Source: a virus (Duplodnaviria > Caudoviricetes). Taken from it: a stretch of 41,351 bases of DNA. The stretch covers positions 1 through 41,351 of the IMG/VR virus record IMGVR_UViG_3300020402_000161. One strand, 5' to 3'. Of the stretch, positions 8,346 through 15,390 are shown in pieces; position 1 is the first letter of the stretch; each line of letters begins with the position of its first letter. The notes below the pieces were generated by a model. The model saw only the letters and a list, made by a program, of their open reading frames with translations. It did not search any database and was not told the origin of the DNA. The position numbers and the translations under genes were made by a program.

Positions 8346-8530
8346 GATTTTTTAGTTTATTTATGATTTGCGGAAGTGTGTTTTGTTTATATTTACTATT
8401 TGATTTATTAAATACTATTGATCAAATGTGGTTTTTACAGCAGTTAATGATTGGAATGTTATCATTTGTATTTATAATGAGTACTTTATTATTTATACTA
8501 GTATTATTAAATCAAGAAATAAATAAATAA
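8342..8530 (+). CDS. Early small membrane protein with two hydrophobic segments
   Basis: 62 aa, AGAAAGGAG SD, ATGA overlap with the upstream gene. Confidence 0.7.
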   Translation: MRFFSLFMICGSVFCLYLLFDLLNTIDQMWFLQQLMIGMLSFVFIMSTLLFILVLLNQEINK

Positions 8531-8550
8531 CCCAAATTATATCCAACAAT

Positions 8551-8588
8551 AAACCCGTTAAGTTTTAATTAATTTAACGGGTTTTTTA
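8551..8588 (+). terminator. Intrinsic terminator
   Basis: AAACCCGTTAA...TTAACGGGTTT stem followed by a T run. Confidence 0.8.
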
Positions 8589-8627
8589 TTATTTAAAAAT
8601 TTTTTTTAAAATTAATTTAAAAATGTA

Positions 8628-8656
8628 TTTACAAAGCAGAATTTTCAATATAAGAT
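8628..8656 (+). promoter_or_regulatory. Early sigma70-type promoter
   Basis: TTTACA-17 bp-TAAGAT with an upstream AT tract, then AGAAAGGAG SD. Confidence 0.75.
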
Positions 8657-8686
8657 AAATTTATATTATTCAGAAAGGAGAAAATT

Positions 8687-8959
8687 ATGAATAAAGAACG
8701 AACCAGTGATTTTGTATATAAAAATATGTACAAAGCAGAAATCGATGTCGCGTCGGATTATCCAATATCGGATTTTATGGCGTGGATTGAACAACATAAT
8801 TTAGAACAGAGATTAATCCAGGCGTTTGGTCCAGGTGGTGGAAATCCTTGTTTTGAAATTAGTGCGAAAAACAAGAATGATTTGTTAGTCGCATTGGCGG
8901 AATTTCACGATTGTGATATTGCGGATATTAAAAAAGATTATGACTTTTATAATAAATAG
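8687..8959 (+). CDS. Early hypothetical protein
   Basis: 90 aa with a GPGGGNP motif and a strong SD. Confidence 0.8.
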   Translation: MNKERTSDFVYKNMYKAEIDVASDYPISDFMAWIEQHNLEQRLIQAFGPGGGNPCFEISAKNKNDLLVALAEFHDCDIADIKKDYDFYNK

Positions 8960-8972
8960 AAAGGAGAAAGTT

Positions 8973-9347
8973 ATGGACGATAAAATCAAGTCAAAGATCG
9001 AGGCGTATACCGATTCGATAATGGATTTCGATCAAGATACTAAACACAGAGATGTGTATTCCATGTTCGAAGATATTTACAAACTAGGATTTTTCAATGG
9101 TCAACGGGAAGAACACGAATGGCCATCTACGGAACAGGAGTTATTCCCGGAAAAGTTTGAGTTTGAAGAGGGTGAGTATGGGAACATACAAAAGGAGGCG
9201 TTTATCTTTTTAGACGATCTAAAGGATTCTGGTGTGGTCAACATGTTTGGCGCAGCGGATAATATTATGAATGAGTTCGGTTATACTAGAGAACAATCTA
9301 AGAAATTACTCGCCGAGTGGATGGGTTCTCACTCATCACGTAAATAG
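8973..9347 (+). CDS. Early hypothetical protein
   Basis: Start moved to ATG 8973 (AGAAAGGAG SD). The C-terminal FLDDLKDSGVVNMFGA...EWM pattern is one I recall from other phage hypothetical proteins. Confidence 0.8.
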   Translation: MDDKIKSKIEAYTDSIMDFDQDTKHRDVYSMFEDIYKLGFFNGQREEHEWPSTEQELFPEKFEFEEGEYGNIQKEAFIFLDDLKDSGVVNMFGAADNIMNEFGYTREQSKKLLAEWMGSHSSRK

Positions 9348-9352
9348 TAACC

Positions 9353-9372
9353 ATGGGGACTTCGGTCCCCAT
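9353..9372 (+). terminator. cUUCGg hairpin, probable terminator
   Basis: ATGGGGAC-TTCG-GTCCCCAT just after the stop at 9347. The U tract is weak. Confidence 0.6.
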
Positions 9373-9380
9373 ATTACCTT

Positions 9381-9454
9381 TATTACTATATATGAATAAT
9401 TTATTATTTTACTTTTTTTATTGCCAAAATGCCAATCAATACAATATGTCAATA
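9381..9454 (-). repeat. Copy 2 of the inverted ~70-bp element (copy 1 at 7182-7254)
   Basis: Reverse complement reads TATTGACATATTGTATTGATTGGCATT...AAATTATTCATATATAGTAATA. Confidence 0.7.
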
Positions 9455-9522
9455 AATCCTTGAAATTATTAGATAAAAGTAAAGCAATAAATTATTGGTA
9501 TAAATAAATCCGCAAAAAACAT

Positions 9523-9551
9523 TGTACATATTCAGATTTATGCGGTAGTAT
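9523..9551 (+). promoter_or_regulatory. Sigma70-type promoter
   Basis: TGTACA-17 bp-TAGTAT, then AGAAAGGAG SD and ATG at 9576. Confidence 0.7.
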
Positions 9552-9575
9552 CGATAATTAAGAAAGGAGAATATT

Positions 9576-9752
9576 ATGAAAAATAAGTTACCAACGTACT
9601 TTGTACAAGCAGATTCATACACCGTTATTGAACCTGGCTTATCATATTTCTCTAAAGATCAGTCAATCACTCATCAAGAGTTATTAGACTATTTAGACTA
9701 TATGCCAATTGACTCTATCCAAGTATTACCGGAGTTGAGTAATGTCTCTTAA
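9576..9752 (+). CDS. Hypothetical protein, 58 aa
   Basis: Read by hand: MKNKLPTYFVQADSYTVIEPG...LSNVS*. Strong SD. Not in the ORF track. Confidence 0.7.
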   Translation: MKNKLPTYFVQADSYTVIEPGLSYFSKDQSITHQELLDYLDYMPIDSIQVLPELSNVS

Positions 9753-9975
9753 GGTAAAGGATATAGTTGACATATTGAAGGACCACGATCAGAGTGCCAA
9801 GATTAATATAGTAGTTAATCGTGCATTTCCTAGTCAGTCCTCAATATACGGTATTGTCGGTAAATCTGGCGAAGTTTATTTATGTCAGGATTTCGACTCA
9901 CGTCCACTCGATTTTGATCCTTGGTCCGAGTTAGACGTTCCCATTAACAAGGGATCACAGAAAGGAGAAAGTTAA
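9742..9975 (+). CDS. Hypothetical protein
   Basis: 77 aa with a GGAG SD. Confidence 0.7.
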   Translation: MSLKVKDIVDILKDHDQSAKINIVVNRAFPSQSSIYGIVGKSGEVYLCQDFDSRPLDFDPWSELDVPINKGSQKGES

Positions 9976-9976
9976 T

Positions 9977-10492
9977 ATGACAGATAGACTTTCAAGAGCG
10001 CAACAGGTCATCGATGATGGTCTCGAGCATCTAAAAACTAAATATAGTATGACTGAGTTACAAAACTTATTTTGTACTATAGTTAATACTCCGCAAGCAC
10101 CTAAGTTTTCGGATAAGACGGCAGCAGCCAAACGGGTCATTAAAATGGCTCAGGAAGTTGTACTCAATGAAGGTGACGATTACATTCCAGAGATCGATAC
10201 CGCAGAGGAGCCAAAGGTTGTAAAAACTAAGGGTCGTCCCAAAACTAAGCCTCGCGAGTATATTTTCATGCACAGAGATGATTCTCTGTTGCCGAAACAA
10301 GCGTCTGACATAGTAAAGCACATTGACTATGATGTGTGGATCGATGAGACTTTGTTAATGACTAAAATTAACGAACTCGCTGAGTCAGGTTATCTAAAAA
10401 CAAAACAAAAGCCATGGAGGATCTTCCAGTACTATCGTGCTAAGATGATCAATCAAGGTATCGTTAAAATGAGGAATGTCGCCGATGCGTAA
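9977..10492 (+). CDS. Hypothetical protein with a C-terminal putative winged-helix-like domain
   Basis: 171 aa, AGAAAGGAG SD. The C-terminal domain is paralogous to 11758-11982. Fold is inferred. Confidence 0.75.
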   Translation: MTDRLSRAQQVIDDGLEHLKTKYSMTELQNLFCTIVNTPQAPKFSDKTAAAKRVIKMAQEVVLNEGDDYIPEIDTAEEPKVVKTKGRPKTKPREYIFMHRDDSLLPKQASDIVKHIDYDVWIDETLLMTKINELAESGYLKTKQKPWRIFQYYRAKMINQGIVKMRNVADA

Positions 10493-10616
10493 ATTTCTCG
10501 TCTATGTCTTGGAGGCCGGCTGTTTAGTCGGTCTTCTTGCTTTCGCTTATCTATTCGCAGTCACTTTGTGTGCACTTGTAGATCGTTGTTATTATTACTA
10601 TGTACCTGTGCAGTAA
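10485..10616 (+). CDS. 43-aa membrane microprotein
   Basis: Read by hand: MRKFLVYVLEAGCLVGLLAFAYLFAVTLCALVDRCYYYYVPVQ*. GAGGA SD. Confidence 0.6.
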   Translation: MRKFLVYVLEAGCLVGLLAFAYLFAVTLCALVDRCYYYYVPVQ

Positions 10617-10711
10617 TGGATAAGGAATTTTGGAAAGCAATACTATATGCGGTCGGTACGCCGTTCGTAATATGGATCTCAATCTCAGTCGTTGTGGTGC
10701 TCTTATTTTAG
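10616..10711 (+). CDS. 31-aa membrane microprotein
   Basis: Read by hand: MDKEFWKAILYAVGTPFVIWISISVVVVLLF*. Coupled to the upstream gene by TAATG. Confidence 0.55.
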   Translation: MDKEFWKAILYAVGTPFVIWISISVVVVLLF

Positions 10712-10728
10712 GGCACCGCATTTTTCCG

Positions 10729-10757
10729 TTTACAACCCCAGATAATTATTGTAGTAT
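10729..10757 (+). promoter_or_regulatory. Sigma70-type promoter for the DUF932/nucleotide/polymerase operon
   Basis: TTTACA-17 bp-TAGTAT, then AGAAAGGAG SD. Confidence 0.75.
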
Positions 10758-10781
10758 AATTTATATTTTATAGAAAGGAGA

Positions 10782-11756
10782 ATGCTTATGGCACATCAAG
10801 TAGAAACTATGGCTTATGCAGGGGAGTTACCTTGGCATGGTCTAGGTCAAAAAGTTGAGGACAATCTAACTCCTCAAGAAATGATTGCTGCTGCCGGTCT
10901 CGATTGGTCGGTTAGTAGACGTCAAGTCTTCGTACCACAGGAACCAGGACATGGTCACACTGAAGGTACACTTACCACTCAAGAATATGGCATGCTTGTG
11001 CGCGACTCTGATAATTATATATTAGGTCCGTGTGGCAAGAATTATGTACCTATTCAAAATGAGGAGGTATTTAGCTTCTTTGATAAATTTGTCAAGGAAG
11101 GTGATATGACTATGGGAACCGCTGGTTCACTTAACCATGGTCGTCAAGTATGGGGTCTTGCTAATATCAGGCAAGGTTTCAAACTACCAGGCGGTGACGA
11201 AGTACAAGGTCACTTGCTTATCTCACACCCGCATCAATGGGGTAAATCTCTAACTATCATGTTCACGCCAATCCGTGTCGTGTGTAACAACACATTGACT
11301 ATGGCACTTGGTCAAAAAGGTGATCGTTTCAGAATGCCACATGTTAAGGCGTTTGATGCTGATGTGAAACAATCTGCTGAGCTCGCTCTCGGTCTTGCAT
11401 CAAAACAACTTGAGTCGTTCGAGGAACAATCTAAGTTTCTTGCTTCGAAGCAATACACTGATGACAAGTTCGACCAGTTTCTTGCTCAGTTATTTCAACC
11501 AGCTTTATTGCCAAACGTTGATAGAACGCAGTTCAACAGAACGTGTGAAACCGTGCACGAGATTGTGTATACACAACCAGGTCACAAGATGAGCGAAGGT
11601 TCATGGTGGTCTGCTGTTAACGCGGTCACATACTTTGCTGATCACAAGGCAGGACGTAGCAGAGATGCTTCATTGTCTTCAGCATGGTTTGGTCCACGTG
11701 CTGCAACTAAGAGACGTGCATTAGAGCTAGCAACGGAGTATGCGGAGGCAGCTTAA
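10782..11756 (+). CDS. DUF932 family phage/plasmid protein
   Basis: MAHQVETMAY...PWHGLG, AGLDW, YVPIQNEEVF, TPIRVVCNNTL. The start is probably ATG 10788. Confidence 0.9.
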   Translation: MLMAHQVETMAYAGELPWHGLGQKVEDNLTPQEMIAAAGLDWSVSRRQVFVPQEPGHGHTEGTLTTQEYGMLVRDSDNYILGPCGKNYVPIQNEEVFSFFDKFVKEGDMTMGTAGSLNHGRQVWGLANIRQGFKLPGGDEVQGHLLISHPHQWGKSLTIMFTPIRVVCNNTLTMALGQKGDRFRMPHVKAFDADVKQSAELALGLASKQLESFEEQSKFLASKQYTDDKFDQFLAQLFQPALLPNVDRTQFNRTCETVHEIVYTQPGHKMSEGSWWSAVNAVTYFADHKAGRSRDASLSSAWFGPRAATKRRALELATEYAEAA

Positions 11757-11757
11757 T

Positions 11758-11982
11758 ATGAAGTCAACCTTTATCTTTATAAAGGCAGCTGAGGGTGGTC
11801 TGGCTAAACAAGCCCAGGCCATTCTCAACATTGTAGAAGCAAAAGAGGAAATTAGCAAAGATAATCTTTTGCAGCAAATTGAGTTAGACGTTAAATCAAA
11901 ACAAAAAGCCCAGCGTCTACTTAGCTATTATAAAGGTCAACTAATAACCAAGGGCTTTATGGAAGAGAGAAAACATGGCTAA
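11758..11982 (+). CDS. Small putative winged-helix-like protein
   Basis: ATG 11758 after a GGAGG SD. Paralogous to the C-terminus of 9977-10492. Confidence 0.7.
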   Translation: MKSTFIFIKAAEGGLAKQAQAILNIVEAKEEISKDNLLQQIELDVKSKQKAQRLLSYYKGQLITKGFMEERKHG

Positions 11983-12811
11983 TGCGAGAGGAAAAAAGGT
12001 AGATACAACTTATCTATCTATTGACAACGCTGAAGAGCGTGGTTTCCTGCATCGAGATTACATTGCTCATTGTTTGAGATGGTCACATGTCGTTAAATTT
12101 TTAGGGACAAGCCAACGATACAAAACAGCAAGAGTCCTTGATGTAGGTTGTGGTAAAGAAATGCCACTATCAAAGTTGCTGCACTCATCACGTATGGGTA
12201 CAGCGTGGTATGGTGCGGTCGACGTTGCACCACTAACTACACCAGAGCAGTTTCGTAATGCATCATGGAAGCCACATAAGTTGTGGTCTAAGACTGATGT
12301 ATGCGATCTAGGTGTAGATGATTTTGAAGCAAAACCAAATGTGATTGTTTGCTTTGAAGTCGCTGAACATGTCGAACCTGATCATTGTAGACGTATGCTT
12401 GCTAAGTTTAGAGAGCTGATCGACGAAGATGGCAGAGTCTTTTTAAGTACACCATGCTATGACGAGCATGTCGGTGCTGCTGCTAATCATGTCAATGAAA
12501 TGACATATCAAGCATTTGGTGCTGTACTTGAGGACACAGGGTTCGAGATCGAAGGTCACTGGGGCACGTTTGCAAGTATGAAAGACTATAAGGACGAGCT
12601 AACGCCAGCACAACGAGAGGTGTGGGACCAGTTACGTGACTATTATGACACTAACTATCTTGCAACCGTTATGGCGCCGCTAGTACCACAACATAGTCGT
12701 AACGTACTATGGCAACTTAAACCAGGTAATGTTAACAGGCTATTCCCTGCACTCAAAGATGTAGAAGGCAGATGGGGATCGTCAGAAGAATGGGAGAAAC
12801 TATGTCCTTAA
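11975..12811 (+). CDS. Class I SAM-dependent methyltransferase, small-molecule type
   Basis: RVLDVGCG motif I, VIVCFEVAEHV, FLSTP. No DPPY/NPPY or C5-MTase PCQ/ENV motifs seen. Confidence 0.85.
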   Translation: MANARGKKVDTTYLSIDNAEERGFLHRDYIAHCLRWSHVVKFLGTSQRYKTARVLDVGCGKEMPLSKLLHSSRMGTAWYGAVDVAPLTTPEQFRNASWKPHKLWSKTDVCDLGVDDFEAKPNVIVCFEVAEHVEPDHCRRMLAKFRELIDEDGRVFLSTPCYDEHVGAAANHVNEMTYQAFGAVLEDTGFEIEGHWGTFASMKDYKDELTPAQREVWDQLRDYYDTNYLATVMAPLVPQHSRNVLWQLKPGNVNRLFPALKDVEGRWGSSEEWEKLCP

Positions 12812-13209
12812 TGAAAGACATAAAAGACTTTCATGAGCGTTACGAAATGGAGTACACGGGTGAACCCCGTGTGCTGCCATACGACTTGTTTCAATTTCGT
12901 ATTGAGTTTATGAAAGAGGAAATGATTGAATATATAAATGCCAGTGATTTTAAGAAAGGCAATATGGCCGATCAACTAGATGCACTGGTTGATTTAACTT
13001 ATGTAATTTTAGGTACAGCTTACCTGCAAGGCTTTGACTTTGATGAAGCATGGAGAAGAGTACATGCTGCTAATATGAAAAAGGTAAAAGGGGTTTCTAA
13101 GAGATCTGATCAATATGATGTTATCAAACCTGATGGCTGGGTTGCACCTGATTTGACTGACTTAGTACAAGTACAGCAGAGGGATCTGTTTGATGATAAT
13201 AATTCTTGA
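12802..13209 (+). CDS. MazG-like all-alpha NTP pyrophosphohydrolase
   Basis: EEMIEY, DALVDLTYV, VHAANMKK, KPDGW. Start moved to ATG 12802. Confidence 0.85.
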   Translation: MSLMKDIKDFHERYEMEYTGEPRVLPYDLFQFRIEFMKEEMIEYINASDFKKGNMADQLDALVDLTYVILGTAYLQGFDFDEAWRRVHAANMKKVKGVSKRSDQYDVIKPDGWVAPDLTDLVQVQQRDLFDDNNS

Positions 13210-14200
13210 TGGTCCAGATGGAACCGGTAAGACAACGTTAGCTAAGATGCTGCAAAAGAAATTAAAAGCAGACTACTTACATTTGACTTACCGCTGGAAA
13301 GAAAAGATCTTCGACTACCACACAGCGGCGATAAGGTTTGCAGCGAGGAAGAACAAACCTATCATACTAGACCGTTGGTGGCCTAGCGAAGCGATCTATG
13401 CAAAGGGCTACCGTGGAGGATCGGATTGGCCCTTGCAAGGTCGTATGTGTGACCGCATCGCTAGAAAGTTTGGCGCGGTGTATGTTTACTGCTTACCTGA
13501 GAGCGTTCAAGCTGCAGTGATACACCACGCCGAGTTAAAGGCCAAGCGGGAGGAGATGTACGATGACATAGCAGTCGTGGCTGATTTATATCTTAAGCTG
13601 TGGAATGGAGATAGTACACACCCAGACGGCGGGCAATACATTGATCAAGTAATAAGATCAGGTGGACTCAAGGATAGACCTGACTGCATCAAGTATACTA
13701 TCTCTGAGTATGGTCATTGTATGGATTTATTTGTAGAAAGAATTATAGAGAAAGCAAGAGCTTGGCGAGCATTACAATGGCAGCCAGTTCTTAAATATCA
13801 GAATTGGAATATGTTAGGTCATGCTCACAATAGTAAATACTTACTTGTTGGCGAGCAGGTTAATCCTAAGTTTAGAGAATTGTACTGGCCTTTTTACGAG
13901 TACAATCATAGCAGTTTGTTTGTAACACAGGCGCTGCATGAGCTTGGTTTAAGTGAGGATCTATTTATGTGGACAAATGTATTTAACCACGATGGATCTG
14001 ACAACCAACTGATAAGGCCATTGTTAGAGTACCGTAATTCATTAAGCGGTATAGATAATATGAGAGTTATTACGCTAGGTAAGAAAGCAGCATTTGCAAT
14101 AAGAGATGTAGACATACACGCTGAATTACCTCATCCAAGTTGGGTCAAGCGTTTTGGCTCAGTTAACATGGTGGAGGTATTTAAACATGCTATCAATTAA
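13190..14200 (+). CDS. dNMP kinase-like P-loop domain fused to a uracil-DNA glycosylase-like domain
   Basis: N-terminal IILDGPDGTGKTT and ILDRW..SE.IY. C-terminal LLVGEQ.NP, WTN, VITLGKKA, LPHPS. Confidence 0.75.
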   Translation: MMIIILDGPDGTGKTTLAKMLQKKLKADYLHLTYRWKEKIFDYHTAAIRFAARKNKPIILDRWWPSEAIYAKGYRGGSDWPLQGRMCDRIARKFGAVYVYCLPESVQAAVIHHAELKAKREEMYDDIAVVADLYLKLWNGDSTHPDGGQYIDQVIRSGGLKDRPDCIKYTISEYGHCMDLFVERIIEKARAWRALQWQPVLKYQNWNMLGHAHNSKYLLVGEQVNPKFRELYWPFYEYNHSSLFVTQALHELGLSEDLFMWTNVFNHDGSDNQLIRPLLEYRNSLSGIDNMRVITLGKKAAFAIRDVDIHAELPHPSWVKRFGSVNMVEVFKHAIN

Positions 14201-14966
14201 TGAACAATGGATTGCAATGTGTAGAGATATAGTCGAACATGGTGTCGATGTATTTCCACGTGGCGAACCAATAAAAGAGTTACGTTGCTATCAGTCGACT
14301 ATCGACATGGCATCACCAATACTAAGTATAAAAGAAAGAAACCTTGGCTATAAGTTTATGGCTGCAGAAGCATACTGGATTTTATCTGGTGACAATAGAG
14401 TATCAACCATTGCTCCATGGAGCGATATGATACGTGCATTTAGCGATGATGGTGTTACTTTCTTTGGTTCATACGGGCCAAAGATTATAGATCAGCTAGC
14501 CTATTGTGCTGGGATAATAAAAGATGACGAAGATACAAGGCAAGCAGTAATAAATATATGGCGTGAAAAACCAGGTCCAACACGAGATGTACCTTGTACT
14601 TTATCACTACAATTTATAGTGAGAGAGGGCAGGCTACATTGTATTGACACTATGAGATCGTCAGACACGTGGCTTGGTTGGCCTTATGATGTATTTAATA
14701 TGAGTATGATTACAAGATACTTATCTTTGTATATCAATGAGACAGGAGGTAAGCTCTACGACGTTGGTAACTTGTACTTGACTGCAGGCAGCCAACATAT
14801 ATATCAAAGAAATATGCCTAAGATTAGAGACATTATTACTAATCCCATGGCAATTGAAGGATTAAAAGGAGCTACCGTATATCAACCCAGCGAGTTTAAG
14901 ACTCGAGCAAATTTAATGGCATGGCTAGACGAACAAAGAAGATTAAGCAATGCGGCCACAGACTGA
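14187..14966 (+). CDS. Thymidylate synthase homologue, probably a dCMP C5-modifying enzyme
   Basis: DTRQA, DVPCT (catalytic Cys), MRSSDTWLGWPYD, SQHIY. Asp occupies the E. coli Asn177 position. Start moved to ATG 14187 (GGAGG SD). Confidence 0.85.
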   Translation: MLSINEQWIAMCRDIVEHGVDVFPRGEPIKELRCYQSTIDMASPILSIKERNLGYKFMAAEAYWILSGDNRVSTIAPWSDMIRAFSDDGVTFFGSYGPKIIDQLAYCAGIIKDDEDTRQAVINIWREKPGPTRDVPCTLSLQFIVREGRLHCIDTMRSSDTWLGWPYDVFNMSMITRYLSLYINETGGKLYDVGNLYLTAGSQHIYQRNMPKIRDIITNPMAIEGLKGATVYQPSEFKTRANLMAWLDEQRRLSNAATD

Positions 14967-15390
14967 CGAGTACTTCTTACAAATGGCGGCCTTGGTTGCG
15001 ACGCGTAGCACTTGCGTACGTAGATCTGTTGGTTGTGTGCTGGTTGATAGGCATCGCAGGGTTTTGGCTACTGGTTACAATGGTGTGGCTGCTGGTGTTA
15101 CCCATTGCATTGACGACCCTTGCGCTGGTGCTGGCGCCCGTAGTGGTACTGAGCTTGACAAGTGTGACGCAATACACGCTGAGCAAAATGCTATATTGCA
15201 GTGTAACTTTGTGGAGAAAATCGAAGTGGCATATATTACGGTGTCACCGTGTGTTACGTGCACAAAGCTACTCCTCAATACGGGGTGTAAGAAAATAGTA
15301 TTTATAGAAGAGTACGCCGATACATCGGCAAAGAAATTATGGAAAGGAGAATGGATCGAACATGGACCAATTAAGTTTTTTAAGACCTGA
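14950..15390 (+). CDS. dCMP deaminase family protein
   Basis: RSTC.RRSVG, ATGYNG, HAEQNA and SPCVTC zinc motifs. Confidence 0.92.
   Translation: MRPQTDEYFLQMAALVATRSTCVRRSVGCVLVDRHRRVLATGYNGVAAGVTHCIDDPCAGAGARSGTELDKCDAIHAEQNAILQCNFVEKIEVAYITVSPCVTCTKLLLNTGCKKIVFIEEYADTSAKKLWKGEWIEHGPIKFFKT

Noticed and set aside
11975-12811. DNA adenine or cytosine methyltransferase
   Set aside because: No DPPY/NPPY or C5-MTase PCQ/ENV motif is present.
14921-15298. 125-aa hydrophobic ORF overlapping the dCMP deaminase
   Set aside because: It is an alternative frame of a gene with clear zinc-deaminase motifs and has no independent support.
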